Below, in pieces: positions 17,167-27,320 of a stretch of DNA of 64,000 bases. The stretch covers positions 1 to 64,000 of the forward strand of contig JANNBC010000028.1 in NCBI GenBank assembly GCA_031385045.1, read 5' to 3'. Made by a program: the position numbers and the translations under genes. The notes under the pieces were generated by a model. That model made no database searches, was not told the origin of the DNA, and was given only the letters and a program-made list of their open reading frames with translations. Origin of the DNA: a bacterium. GTDB lineage: Bacteria > Bdellovibrionota_C > UBA2361 > CALJRW01. The stretch's first letter is position 1. Every line of letters starts with the position of its first letter.

Positions 17167-18731
17167 TCTGGTGAAAATCCTCGACGCATCGTGTTTTCGG
17201 AAATTACTTTTGGCACAACAAATTGTTTTAGATAATCTGGTCCACCAGCCTTAGAGCCAATCCCTGAAAGCTTAAAGCCACCAAATGGTTGGCGTCCAAC
17301 AACTGCACCTGTGCACGCACGATTAATATAAAAATTACCAACGCGAATTTCTTCACTTACTTTTTGAATGCTGCTTGGACTACGAGAAAATAATCCAGCA
17401 GTTAATCCAAATTTTGTATCATTTGCCAAGGCAATAGCTTCTGCTAAGTTTTTAACATTTTTAATTGCTAAGATCGGACCAAATATTTCCTGTTGCCAGA
17501 GTTCTGAATTAGTATCTAAACATTCAAAAATAGTGATCGGAACAAAAGTTCCTTGACTTGGTACTAAGCTTTCAAATTTTAGGGAATGGATTTTTTTATC
17601 ACGTTCGATAATTTGTAGTAGTCTTGCTTGAGCCTCTTCATCAATTACTGGACCAACAAATATTTCTGATTGATAGCTAGGTCCAATTAAAAGATCTTTA
17701 GTTGCTGGAATTAGTCTTTCCATTAAAGCTTGATAGGCAGAGCCCACAACAATAACTCGCGAGCAGGCGGAACATTTTTGTCCCGAATAGGCGAAGGCTG
17801 AGTAAAGAATTCCTTTAATTGCTTCATCTAAGTCGGCATCTTCATCTACAATGATGGCATTTTTACCGCCAAGTTCAAGGATGCTTCGCTTAATAAAAGT
17901 TTGTTCTGGTTTGATTTCAGAGCATGCTGATAATATTTTTTGGCCAACTGCTAAGGATCCAGTAAAGCAAATCAAGTTCACATCTTTTGATTCTAGGAGT
18001 AGAGGACCTAATTCTTCTCCCGCGCCTGGTAAAAAGGCAATCGCCTCTTTCGGTAGGCCAGCTTGCAGCAGGATTTCTACTAATTTTTGAGCGATTAAAG
18101 ATGATTGTTCGGCCGGTTTTAAAATTGCTACATTTCCTGCAACCAAGGAGGCTACTAACATTCCGCAGGGGATTGCCAGAGGAAAATTCCAAGGACTAAT
18201 TACTACGGAGAGACCTAATGGCTCATAGTGGTAGGTATTATTTTCTCCAGGAAGTATTTGTGTTGGGAATGATTGTAATGATTCCACAGCAAGTTCCGCG
18301 TAATAGTTACAAAAATCAATTGCTTCTACTACATCTCGATCGGCCTCATACCAATTTTTTCCTGACTCACGAATGATTAAAGCCGATAGTTCCATTTGGT
18401 TTGCTTGCATTAGGCTCGCGGTGCGCCGTAGGATATTAGCCCGTTCCTCAAGCTTGGTTTTTTTCCAAGTTGGAAAATAATTTAATAAATCTTGGATTGT
18501 TGATTTGACAAGTTCTAGATCTGCAAAATGTACTTTAGAAATTATTTGATTTTTATAGTTACAGTCTAGACGGTTATAGATGTTTTGACAGGAGATTTTT
18601 TGGCCATTTACGATTGGTCTTACTGTGACTCCTGACTCAATTAGTTGATTTACTTGGGATAGGATTTCCGCAAATTTAATTAAATTGTCTGGAATTGTAA
18701 AATCAATTGGGGCGCAATTTTTAAAGTTCAT
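17163..18731 (-). CDS. Delta-1-pyrroline-5-carboxylate (glutamate semialdehyde) dehydrogenase, PutA C-terminal half
   Basis: ISPWNFPLAI, FTGS, ELGGKN, GQKCSAC, EIFGP, QPFGG, GSKAGGPDYL, ENTMRRGF. Confidence 0.95.
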   Translation of the reverse strand: MNFKNCAPIDFTIPDNLIKFAEILSQVNQLIESGVTVRPIVNGQKISCQNIYNRLDCNYKNQIISKVHFADLELVKSTIQDLLNYFPTWKKTKLEERANILRRTASLMQANQMELSALIIRESGKNWYEADRDVVEAIDFCNYYAELAVESLQSFPTQILPGENNTYHYEPLGLSVVISPWNFPLAIPCGMLVASLVAGNVAILKPAEQSSLIAQKLVEILLQAGLPKEAIAFLPGAGEELGPLLLESKDVNLICFTGSLAVGQKILSACSEIKPEQTFIKRSILELGGKNAIIVDEDADLDEAIKGILYSAFAYSGQKCSACSRVIVVGSAYQALMERLIPATKDLLIGPSYQSEIFVGPVIDEEAQARLLQIIERDKKIHSLKFESLVPSQGTFVPITIFECLDTNSELWQQEIFGPILAIKNVKNLAEAIALANDTKFGLTAGLFSRSPSSIQKVSEEIRVGNFYINRACTGAVVGRQPFGGFKLSGIGSKAGGPDYLKQFVVPKVISENTMRRGFSPD

Positions 18732-18741
18732 GAAATAAGTC

Positions 18742-20130
18742 TTAATAAATAGTTAGTTTATTTAATGTCAAAGCCGGATCTTCTAATAGATGATCAACAT
18801 TTTTTTGGTCATAGAAAGTATGTCTTAAAAAAGAATCATTAGAAGTATTTTCTAAAAGGCGACGGACTAAATATCCCATGCCAGGTAAAATTTCTCCGAG
18901 TGGGACATATAGCCGAACTAAATATCCTTTAGAGGTGAAGGCTAGGGCGATTGGTTGCGCCATCCCATAAAGCATTTGTAATTCAAAATGGTTTTTGTTG
19001 ATACCCTTTTCCGCAGCATAACAACAAACATGAGATAGTGAACGAACATTGTGGGAGCCAAACGCTGGGTAGCAGTACTCAATGTTATCGAGTAAAATGC
19101 AACTGAGTCGTTCGTAATTAAGATCACTTTCTGCCTTTCTCTGGAATAATGGGCTTTGCCAATAGTTTTGGGCAGCACCAGCATTTTCTTGATCCCAATA
19201 GGCTCCTTTAACCAGGCGAATCGCAATCGGGCGATGATTTATTTTAGCCCAGTTTAAAAGATCTAAAAGTAGCTCTTCCGAATGCTTGGCATATGCTTGC
19301 AACACTACTCCTGGATACTTTAGTTCTGCAAGCTCTGGGTCAGAGAAGACCCTTTTAAATGTTTCATAGATTACTGGGTTGTGGGCAGTGTCCTCAGCAT
19401 CAATATAAATTCCCGATCCCAGCTCAAGTGCTTTTAAGGCAATCTGTTTTAATCGCCCAGAGAGAACTTCTACAGATTTATTAAAGTTTAGAATACTTGT
19501 TTGGGAGTAGAGGGCAGTGAGCTTGACGCTAATGTTACAGTTTTGTTTTAGTCCTAAATGTCCCGGATCTGTTTTAAACTTTTTGTTCCACTTGGGTGCT
19601 TCTTTAGCAATCACAGTTAATGCTTCAAGATAGCGTTGTAGGTAAGCCTGACTTTCTTGATCACTAACGGAATATTCTCCTAGTAAGTCCACAGTGTATG
19701 TTAGTCCCTCAGCGTGCAATCTTTTTAGTGCTGGGATGGTATCGTGTGGATTTTCTCCAGCAATAAAAACTTTAGACATTTGTTTAATTGATGTTTTAAC
19801 AGCAAGCTTACTGATGACTGCTGGGATGTAGGAGTAGCTAGGAAGTTTGAAGAAATATTTCAGAAGCGGATTAATTTTACCGGCAGATTCACTCAAATAT
19901 TCACTAATATGCTTTCCGACAGAGTCAGCTGTTTTTAGTGTGGGCAAGACGTCCACTAAGCGAAAAAGGCTATTTTTAAAGTCGGGCTCAGTTAAAGTCC
20001 AGGCTAGTAATTTAGAATTAATGAAGTTTTTCTGGAAGGCAGAGGGCTGGGAGTGGCCAATCAATTGAAAGATCTCTCGGCCAAAATTAAGAATCTTATC
20101 GCTTGGTTCAGGGGTAGTTTGTTGGTTCAT
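18742..20130 (-). CDS. Proline dehydrogenase, PutA N-terminal half
   Basis: FRLVDVLP, TVDLLGE, ISVKLTAL, RLVKGAYWD, ELQMLYGM, YLVRRLLEN. Confidence 0.95.
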   Translation of the reverse strand: MNQQTTPEPSDKILNFGREIFQLIGHSQPSAFQKNFINSKLLAWTLTEPDFKNSLFRLVDVLPTLKTADSVGKHISEYLSESAGKINPLLKYFFKLPSYSYIPAVISKLAVKTSIKQMSKVFIAGENPHDTIPALKRLHAEGLTYTVDLLGEYSVSDQESQAYLQRYLEALTVIAKEAPKWNKKFKTDPGHLGLKQNCNISVKLTALYSQTSILNFNKSVEVLSGRLKQIALKALELGSGIYIDAEDTAHNPVIYETFKRVFSDPELAELKYPGVVLQAYAKHSEELLLDLLNWAKINHRPIAIRLVKGAYWDQENAGAAQNYWQSPLFQRKAESDLNYERLSCILLDNIEYCYPAFGSHNVRSLSHVCCYAAEKGINKNHFELQMLYGMAQPIALAFTSKGYLVRLYVPLGEILPGMGYLVRRLLENTSNDSFLRHTFYDQKNVDHLLEDPALTLNKLTIY

Positions 20131-20298
20131 AATAGTGTTTAAGGGAAATTAATGGCTTTTTAGAATTTATATTTGTTCGGAGCCAAGCTTTCCTTATGCT
20201 TAGACTTTAAATCATCGGAAGAATTTTCAAAATACTGCATCTTTTTAGAGAAAATCGGCATCAAATCTGGAGTATTTGGTTTTTTTTCAAGGATGATC

Positions 20299-20751
20299 AT
20301 GACCAGTAGCTCGGCAGAATTTTATCAAAGTTGGTATCGACAGTTTTACACAGTAGAGAATGAGTTTGCTCAAAATAGTGAACAACAATTACAACAAGGG
20401 TTTTCTGTGTTTAAATTTGCAAACCTACTGCACCTAAAATTTGAAGCATTTGCTAAGAATTCAACAAGTGTCGTTGATAGCACCGAAGCTGACGAGACTC
20501 GGATGAAGGCACAAACTTCTAGATTTTTAAATTTCCTAAATACTTCTTCGATTGTACTCCAAAAGCTTGTTGCTAAAATTAAGTCTGAAGATACTCTGAT
20601 TTATAATCGTATTCAGAAACTAGTAACTTTTTTATTTGAGCAAATCGATCGATTGCGGGTTCGTTGTTTAAGACTACTAAAAAGTAAGCTAGGAATTAAA
20701 TTTCAATATTTAGGTATCATTAAGCAAGTTACTAAATGTGTTTGCTTGTAA
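20299..20751 (+). CDS. Hypothetical helical protein
   Basis: Open frame with an aagga RBS-like sequence near 20290; overlaps the PPTase 3' end; start uncertain. Confidence 0.4.
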   Translation: MTSSSAEFYQSWYRQFYTVENEFAQNSEQQLQQGFSVFKFANLLHLKFEAFAKNSTSVVDSTEADETRMKAQTSRFLNFLNTSSIVLQKLVAKIKSEDTLIYNRIQKLVTFLFEQIDRLRVRCLRLLKSKLGIKFQYLGIIKQVTKCVCL

Positions 20752-21347
20752 AATCCATAATCTAAGCTCAGGATTGGAAAACTATCTTGCTGATTGATGA
20801 TAATTGCTTTGAGCGCACCAAGCTCTTCCCAAATTTCAATATTTTGATAAGAAAAATTATTAATTTTAGAACTAAATGCTTTATAGATTGATTCTTTTGC
20901 TGAAAAAATTAAAGTAGCTACCAATAGTCTTTTTTCAATATGTTTACCTAGAAGCTCTCGTTCTAATGCCGTTGTAATTCTATTGATAAACTTTTCAGTC
21001 AAAGGTCGATGTAAATATTCGATATCTATTCCTAAATTTTGATATTTAATTTTAGGAGCGACTAAAGCTACTGCTACTTGTTTAGAATGTGAAAGAGAAT
21101 GGATTAGATTTTCTGGTAAAAGGACTTTCTTGTTAACTCCTGTTAAATCATAATCAAAACTATAGCCTAACTTCTGGCAACATTCTTTGAGACATTTTCG
21201 CGAAAGGAGATATTCTTTTTGACGTTTATTGGCACTCTCTAATTTGAGCGTCTCGTCGTAAATACCTTCAATAATTAACTGACAGTCTTTAGGTAAGTAT
21301 AAGGTTTCAATATTTTTTGCTAAATCCAGCATGACGTAATCCTTCAC
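20703..21347 (-). CDS. 4'-phosphopantetheinyl transferase (EntD/Sfp-type)
   Basis: KRQKEY, SLSHS, GIDIE, FSAKESIYKA. Confidence 0.9.
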   Translation of the reverse strand: MKDYVMLDLAKNIETLYLPKDCQLIIEGIYDETLKLESANKRQKEYLLSRKCLKECCQKLGYSFDYDLTGVNKKVLLPENLIHSLSHSKQVAVALVAPKIKYQNLGIDIEYLHRPLTEKFINRITTALERELLGKHIEKRLLVATLIFSAKESIYKAFSSKINNFSYQNIEIWEELGALKAIIINQQDSFPILSLDYGFYKQTHLVTCLMIPKY

Positions 21348-21414
21348 ATATCTGTAAAAGTTTAAAAGGAATAAATCCCCTTAAAGGGGTCAATTTACAA
21401 AGTAAATTGGAGGG

Positions 21415-21599
21415 TAGCTTGTCCTCCGTAGCTTTGGCGAAGGAGGAGGGACATCATCCGTTCACACTACTCGACAAAATCATTTCCGCCGTTGCACCAT
21501 GTGCTATGGCGGACAAGCTAGATTTTGACCAAGGAATAAATTAGTTTTTTGCTCTAATAAAGCCTTTTAAAAACACTTTAATCTTCTCCGTGAACGGAT
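21415..21599. repeat. Nested REP-like inverted repeats
   Basis: tagcttgtcctccgtagc (21415-21432) pairs 16/18 with gctatggcggacaagcta (21503-21520); atccgttcac (21456) / gtgaacggat (21590). Confidence 0.7.
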
Positions 21600-21639
21600 C
21601 CAGCATGACAATCAAACATATTTGTATTACAACCATGAT

Positions 21640-22410
21640 ATGTCAAGGATAATCATTAAATCGCCAGCCGAGATTGAGTTATTAAAAACTGCCTGTCAGG
21701 TTACTAGGGATATTTTAGATCGGATGGAGGACTTTGTTCGCCCGGGAATTAGCACCGAGGATATAAATATCTTAGTTCATGAGCTCACAATTAAAGCTGG
21801 GGCAAGGCCAGCACCATTAAATTATCGTGGTTATCCTAAGTCTGTTTGTACTTCCGTAAATGAGGTCGTCTGTCACGGCATTCCTAATCCGAATGTTATT
21901 TTAAAAGCTGGTGATATCATTAATGTTGATGTCACTTCTATTAAGAATGGCTTTTATGGTGATTCCAGCAGAATGTATTTTGTTGGTGGTCGTGAGGCCT
22001 GTAGTCCTGAAGCTATTCGTTTAGTAGAGATCACCAAAGAGGCCTTAATGGTTGGAATTAACGCCATCCAGCCTGGTAAGCAAGTTGGTGATATTGGATT
22101 TGAAATTAAAAAATTTATTCATAGATTGCCTGGACAATATGGTATTGTTCGAGATTATACTGGGCATGGAATCGGGCGAAATTTCCATGAAGAACCACAA
22201 ATTATTCATACCTCTAAAGCAGGCACTGGCGCAAAATTTAAGGTGGGCATGACCTTTACCGTGGAGCCAATGATTAATCTGGGAACTGCAGAAACTGTAC
22301 TTTCTAGTCATGATAGTTGGACTGTTAGAACTGCCGACAATAAATTATCGGCTCAGTGGGAACATACAGTTGCTGTAACGGAAAATGGAGTTGAAATATT
22401 AACGGCCTAA
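21640..22410 (+). CDS. map: Methionine aminopeptidase type I
   Basis: SVNEVVCHGIP, DVT..GFYGDS, GHGIG..FHEEP, TVEPMIN, SAQWEHT. Confidence 0.97.
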   Translation: MSRIIIKSPAEIELLKTACQVTRDILDRMEDFVRPGISTEDINILVHELTIKAGARPAPLNYRGYPKSVCTSVNEVVCHGIPNPNVILKAGDIINVDVTSIKNGFYGDSSRMYFVGGREACSPEAIRLVEITKEALMVGINAIQPGKQVGDIGFEIKKFIHRLPGQYGIVRDYTGHGIGRNFHEEPQIIHTSKAGTGAKFKVGMTFTVEPMINLGTAETVLSSHDSWTVRTADNKLSAQWEHTVAVTENGVEILTA

Positions 22411-22481
22411 ATGGTTAATTAAATTGAGTGAGCTTGTTAGCTAAAGATGCTTAAGAAAATTAAGGTTAGCTCAGTTAAAAA

Positions 22482-24890
22482 TTAATTAAATAATAAGTCT
22501 AGTAGGCCTTGTCGCCGATTTGTATTGTCTGGATTTCTGGAATCTTCTGGAGCTAAAGCTACATTGTGACTAGAGCAGCTACTAGGGGGTTCTGTTCCGC
22601 TAACAAAGATTTCTCGAATTGGTTCTCCTGCACAACTGCTATCATATCGTCGTCCAGTTTCGGAATCGATGTCCATAAATTCCACTCCGTTTGGTTTGAT
22701 AAAGCCTTCATCAGGGAGAATTTTTTGTGCACAAGTCATATATCTAGCCCAAATTGGAGCCGCCACTTGGCCACCACCAACTCCAATTGGATTGTTATTA
22801 TCTAATCCTAACCAAATACCTGTAGTGAGCCGTGGTGTGTATCCAACAAACCAAGCATCGCGTGCATCATTAGTAGTTCCAGTTTTTCCAGCTGCTGGTA
22901 AAGTAAACCCAAGTTTTCTAATCCCGCTTCCTGTTCCACGTTCAATTACTCCTTGGAGAATATTAGTTAAGACATGCGTTGCTTGCTCTGTCGCCACATA
23001 ATGTTCTTCTGGGGAGTTTGTTGCAATTAATTCACCATCTTCAGTTATTAAGCTAGTAAACAAACGAGGAGAAATGAGTAGACCACCATTGGCCAGCGCT
23101 GAGTAAGCGGTAGTTAGTTTTAAAAGATTTGTCTCTAGAGCTCCTAGCGCAATTGCTGGAATAGCTGGAGCTTTTTCAACTAAATCAAAATTTTCAATTG
23201 TTTTAGCAACATTATTTAATCCGACTTTCTGACTGACATAGACAGCGGGAATATTTAGAGATTTTTCTAAAGCATATCGTAAGGTTACAGCACCACGAAA
23301 GTTACCATCGTAGTTCTTGGGAGTCCAAGGATCGCGGCGGTTAGCTTGTTTAATAGAAAGGGGTTCGTCACTTAAAATAGTAATAGGAGTAGCAACTCGA
23401 TAATCATTAAGTCCTTGATCTAGGGCTGTTAGATAAACAAAAGGTTTGATTGTGGAACCCACTTGGCGATTTGCTTGGCTGACGTGATCAAACTGATTTT
23501 GGCTATAATCACGACCACCAATCCAAGCTTTAATTTTACCGCTAAATGTTTCCATCGAGACTAAACCGACTTCAAGTTTTCTTTTGCCAAGGGTTGGATA
23601 GCTCTTGGTGATTTCTGCAAAGCTTTGATATAGGGCTTCTTCCGCGCAATTTTGTAGATATTTACTGAGCCCAGTTTGGACTCTTAGCGCTGAATTTTCT
23701 AAGGATTTAAGATTATGCAATTCATCAATATTTTTAGCCAGTGCTTGCATGAAAAAAGGCGCTTTAGTTTTGTATAGCGGAGAATCAGAGATTTTAGGTT
23801 GATAAGCTTTGGCATTTAAAAACTGGGCATTAGAAATTATATTATTATCAAGTAATTTACTAAGAACTAAATTTCTTCGCTCCATTGCTCGATCATAGTG
23901 GCGAGTAGGGTTATAATAAGAGGGTGCTTTAATTAGCCCCGCCAGGAGTGCCGCCTCGGAAAGATTAATTTGTTCTAGTGGCTTGTTAAAAAAAAACTGC
24001 GCAGCTGCTGGAAATCCATAAATGCCTGTGGCACCTGATTGTCCTAAGTATACTTCATTTAAGTAGAGCTCTAAAATTTTTTCCTTGGAAAGATTTCGCT
24101 CTAAGCTAATTGCCGCAAAGGCTTCTAGGAATTTACGTTTAAAAGTTTTTTCAGAAGAGAAAAATAAATTCTTGGCTAATTGTTGATTAAGTGTGCTCCC
24201 CCCTTGGGCGAGTCGACCTTGGAGAATGTTTGTTGTTGTGGCGCGCAAGATCCCAATTGGATCTACTCCAAAATGTTTAAAAAATCTTTCATCTTCAGTA
24301 TTGACCACTGTTTCGGGGACAAATTTAGGAAACATTTCTAGGCTAATAAATTTTTTAGATTTCACATTAGCCTGATTTAAGGGAGCAATCGGCCGTGGTT
24401 CAATTTGGATATTATGACCAGAAATCATTTGGCCATCTTCATTAAATTGATAAGTTTCAGTTTTTGGTGAAATTAACTGAGCGCTAGGGCTGATAAATTC
24501 ACGCGTACTAACTGTTAGTTGATCGTCTGTTAGATAAAATTCACCTGTAGCTAAAGACTCAGTCTTGGCTTCACGGTAATCAAATGAAGCTAGGATTTTT
24601 TTTGCAGCATCACGAGAAAGGTTTTTTTTAGGAGGAAATATTTCTGTATCACTGTAAACCATTAATACATTGGTTGTATTTCCTCGCTTTAGGAAGGTTT
24701 TGACTTTTTTGTTGATGTACGAAAATGTTACAGCACTACCTAGCCCAATAATCACGGTTAAAACTAAAAATATTTTTAAGATTACCTTATGCCCAGATTT
24801 CAAAGATCGCTTTTTTCTAGAACTTGTTTTTTTCAGAGGTTTCTTAATTGTTTTACGCTTGCTGGTCGCTTGCGTTTTGCTTTTCGCCAT
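22482..24890 (-). CDS. mrcB: Class A penicillin-binding protein (PBP1b-like)
   Basis: N-terminal TM, UB2H-like segment, EDERF, GGSTL.QQLAKN, STIK, SLN, KTG. Confidence 0.9.
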   Translation of the reverse strand: MAKSKTQATSKRKTIKKPLKKTSSRKKRSLKSGHKVILKIFLVLTVIIGLGSAVTFSYINKKVKTFLKRGNTTNVLMVYSDTEIFPPKKNLSRDAAKKILASFDYREAKTESLATGEFYLTDDQLTVSTREFISPSAQLISPKTETYQFNEDGQMISGHNIQIEPRPIAPLNQANVKSKKFISLEMFPKFVPETVVNTEDERFFKHFGVDPIGILRATTTNILQGRLAQGGSTLNQQLAKNLFFSSEKTFKRKFLEAFAAISLERNLSKEKILELYLNEVYLGQSGATGIYGFPAAAQFFFNKPLEQINLSEAALLAGLIKAPSYYNPTRHYDRAMERRNLVLSKLLDNNIISNAQFLNAKAYQPKISDSPLYKTKAPFFMQALAKNIDELHNLKSLENSALRVQTGLSKYLQNCAEEALYQSFAEITKSYPTLGKRKLEVGLVSMETFSGKIKAWIGGRDYSQNQFDHVSQANRQVGSTIKPFVYLTALDQGLNDYRVATPITILSDEPLSIKQANRRDPWTPKNYDGNFRGAVTLRYALEKSLNIPAVYVSQKVGLNNVAKTIENFDLVEKAPAIPAIALGALETNLLKLTTAYSALANGGLLISPRLFTSLITEDGELIATNSPEEHYVATEQATHVLTNILQGVIERGTGSGIRKLGFTLPAAGKTGTTNDARDAWFVGYTPRLTTGIWLGLDNNNPIGVGGGQVAAPIWARYMTCAQKILPDEGFIKPNGVEFMDIDSETGRRYDSSCAGEPIREIFVSGTEPPSSCSSHNVALAPEDSRNPDNTNRRQGLLDLLFN

Positions 24891-24945
24891 AATTTTATAC
24901 TATAGTATTGTACCCGTAATTTAGGGGTTATTTTTTATAAAGACA

Positions 24946-25665
24946 ATGGCAGGACATTCCAAATGGGCTAAAATTAAGCGTCAAAAAGCTGTGACGGATG
25001 GTCGGCGTAGCCAAGTATTTACTAGATATTTAAGAGAGATTCAGGTTGCTGCCAAAATGGGTGGAGGAGACCTAAGTGCTAACTCGCGCTTAAAGCGAAC
25101 TGTAGATACAGCGAAGTCCGTAGGTGTGTCTAATGATAATATTGAGAAAGCAATTAAGCGTGGCACAGGAGACCTAGAAGGTGTAGAGTATGAAGAGGTG
25201 ACGTATGAAGCTTATGGACCTGCAGGTATTGGCTTAATTATTAAAACTTTAACTGATAATAAGACAAGAACTGTTGGAGAGGTACGACATGCGCTTGGTC
25301 GAAGAGGTGGAACTTTAGCTTCGACGAATGCGGTTTCCTATCAATTCTCAGAGCAAGCAGTATGTACGATTGCTAAAAAATTTGGTTCGGAGGAGCAAAT
25401 TCTAGAGTTGGCACTAGATGCTGGAGCTAATGATTTGCAGGATGCGGATGATTCTTGGGAAGTCTATGCCGATTTGACGGCTTTTGATGCCGTGATGCAG
25501 GCGCTTTCTAAATTAGGGGCTGAGGTGAGTGGAGAAATCAGAATGATTCCTACTAATTTGATTATGGTAACTGAGGAAGAAGCTGAAAAGGTGATGAGTC
25601 TCCTAGATGTTCTTGATGGATTAGAAGATGTCCAGAATGTATTTACTAATTTTGATACTGAGTAA
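24946..25665 (+). CDS. yebC: YebC/PmpR family protein
   Basis: MAGHSKWAKIKRQK, YEAYGPAG, TDNKTRT. Confidence 0.97.
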   Translation: MAGHSKWAKIKRQKAVTDGRRSQVFTRYLREIQVAAKMGGGDLSANSRLKRTVDTAKSVGVSNDNIEKAIKRGTGDLEGVEYEEVTYEAYGPAGIGLIIKTLTDNKTRTVGEVRHALGRRGGTLASTNAVSYQFSEQAVCTIAKKFGSEEQILELALDAGANDLQDADDSWEVYADLTAFDAVMQALSKLGAEVSGEIRMIPTNLIMVTEEEAEKVMSLLDVLDGLEDVQNVFTNFDTE

Positions 25666-25667
25666 AA

Positions 25668-26255
25668 ATGATAGCTGGTTTAACAGGAATTATTAAAGAT
25701 ATAAGCGGTCAGGAAGTAGAGATTAATGTTCATGATGTGGTTTATCTTTTACACTGTACGTCTGAATGTATTTCCGGTTTGACAATCAATAAGCCAGCGA
25801 CGATCACTATCCATACTGATGTTCAAGAAACAAGTATTCGCTTATTTGGTTTTGGTGATCGTCTTGAGTCGCAAGTTTTTAAATTATTAATTGGTGTTAA
25901 TGGTATCGGTGCTAAGTCTGCTGTGGAGATTTTATCAAGGGTTCCAAAGTTAGAGCTATTAAAGCTACTGAGCCTTGGAGATGCTAATGGTCTCAAGGCA
26001 ATTAAGGGTGTGGGTGCTAAGACTGCTGATCGCTTAATCCTAGAATTAAAAGATAAAGTTTCTCAATTTATTGATGCTAGTCGATTACAGATTAAATCTG
26101 GTGTTAAAAATGTTCAGTTAGAGGAGGCGACTTTAGCTTTACAAGCTCTAGGGTTTAGTTTGAAAGTTGCAACTGAGGCACTGAGTAAGATTGGGATCGA
26201 AAACTTACCCAAGGATAGCGGAGAAATTGTTAGGCGCGCTCTGGCTCAAATCTAA
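25668..26255 (+). CDS. ruvA: Holliday junction DNA helicase subunit RuvA
   Basis: LFGF, VNGIGAKSA, GVGAKTADRLILELKDK, ALQALGF. Confidence 0.95.
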   Translation: MIAGLTGIIKDISGQEVEINVHDVVYLLHCTSECISGLTINKPATITIHTDVQETSIRLFGFGDRLESQVFKLLIGVNGIGAKSAVEILSRVPKLELLKLLSLGDANGLKAIKGVGAKTADRLILELKDKVSQFIDASRLQIKSGVKNVQLEEATLALQALGFSLKVATEALSKIGIENLPKDSGEIVRRALAQI

Positions 26256-26256
26256 T

Positions 26257-26526
26257 CTACTTATTTAATACTGCGATCGTAAACTTATGTTTACAAGATG
26301 AACATTGTTGTTTTTCTTCTGAGCGGAAAAGGCTAGGGAGAGCGAAGAGGATACTGATTGGTTGAATTAGTAGGAAGTTTAGTCCTAAAAACAATCCATA
26401 GTAATTAAATAGTAACCAAATAACAGTAAAGTTTAAACTTGTTCTGATGTTACATCTTAAAACAAGTAATCGATTCGACTCGGAGTAAGATTTACAGCAA
26501 GGGCAAGGTTTTGTTACAGGGGTCAT
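26257..26526 (-). CDS. Small putative Zn-binding membrane-associated protein
   Basis: CPCC...hydrophobic segment...CSSC architecture; start uncertain. Confidence 0.4.
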   Translation of the reverse strand: MTPVTKPCPCCKSYSESNRLLVLRCNIRTSLNFTVIWLLFNYYGLFLGLNFLLIQPISILFALPSLFRSEEKQQCSSCKHKFTIAVLNK

Positions 26527-26667
26527 ATTTACTCGATCTGCAGAATAAATGCTTTTGCTTCCGAATAAATTCAGATATACTAAAACCATTAGGGGTGGTG
26601 CTAAATGCTTGGTAAAAAGCTAGTCGCTTTTTACGCTTATTGGGTTTTAGTATATTTGTCCTCCCCA

Positions 26668-26741
26668 GCCTTTAGCCTTATAAGATAAGTCTAAAGGCCT
26701 AAGCGACCCCCCTAGGGTCGCTTCATGAGCCTAGGGCTTGA
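26668..26741. repeat. Multi-hairpin dispersed repeat (copy 2)
   Basis: Aligns with 2-68; hairpins gcctttag/ctaaaggc, agcgaccc/gggtcgct, agcc/ggct. Confidence 0.7.
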
Positions 26742-26799
26742 TTTGATAATCAAGTAAAAAATTATTAATATTACATGTCTTAATTTGGAGAATATATAT

Positions 26800-27195
26800 A
26801 TGTATAACTTTCTTAAAATTAGCTTTCTTTCTTGTTCCTTATCGATGATTTTAGCATGCTCTGGTAACTCATTATCAGGTCGTGATAAGGGTGTTCTTGG
26901 GGGTGCCGCACTTGGCTCTGGTTTAGGTGCCATTGTTGGTCATAAAACAGGTTCTACTGGTGCAGGGATTGCAATTGGTGGAGCTGCTGGAGCAATCACT
27001 GGTGGTCTAATTGGAAATGCGCAGGATGGTATTAGTAATCGTTCCAATGATCAAGATGAGCGCTTAAGACGCCAAGAGCTGGAACTTGAAAGGCAACGTC
27101 GTGAGTTAGAAGAACTCCGTCGCCAGGGTTCTGGTGATACGTATCGCCGAGAAGAGCCGGTGCGCCGCGATGATGGTTATTATGATCGCTACTGA
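26800..27195 (+). CDS. Glycine-zipper lipoprotein
   Basis: Lipobox ILAC, GxxxG repeats, C-terminal coiled coil. Confidence 0.85.
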   Translation: MYNFLKISFLSCSLSMILACSGNSLSGRDKGVLGGAALGSGLGAIVGHKTGSTGAGIAIGGAAGAITGGLIGNAQDGISNRSNDQDERLRRQELELERQRRELEELRRQGSGDTYRREEPVRRDDGYYDRY

Positions 27196-27208
27196 AAAGT
27201 CCTTCAGC

Positions 27209-27234
27209 CCTTCTGTGACTTAAGTCTCAGAAGG
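27209..27234 (+). terminator. Putative hairpin terminator
   Basis: ccttctg..gac / gtc..cagaagg stem after the stop codon; weak U-tract. Confidence 0.35.
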
Positions 27235-27320
27235 TTCCCTTCCTTCCTAGGCTAATCGCCTAAAATAGTCATTTCTCATTACTACTTATTCTACCTAGTT
27301 CTGCTATAAACAATATTACT

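Noticed and set aside
22566..24924. Several short plus-strand ORFs within the PBP gene, and similar nested ORFs in putA, pckG, purF and ntrY
   Set aside because: Antisense or alternative-frame shadows of well-supported genes.
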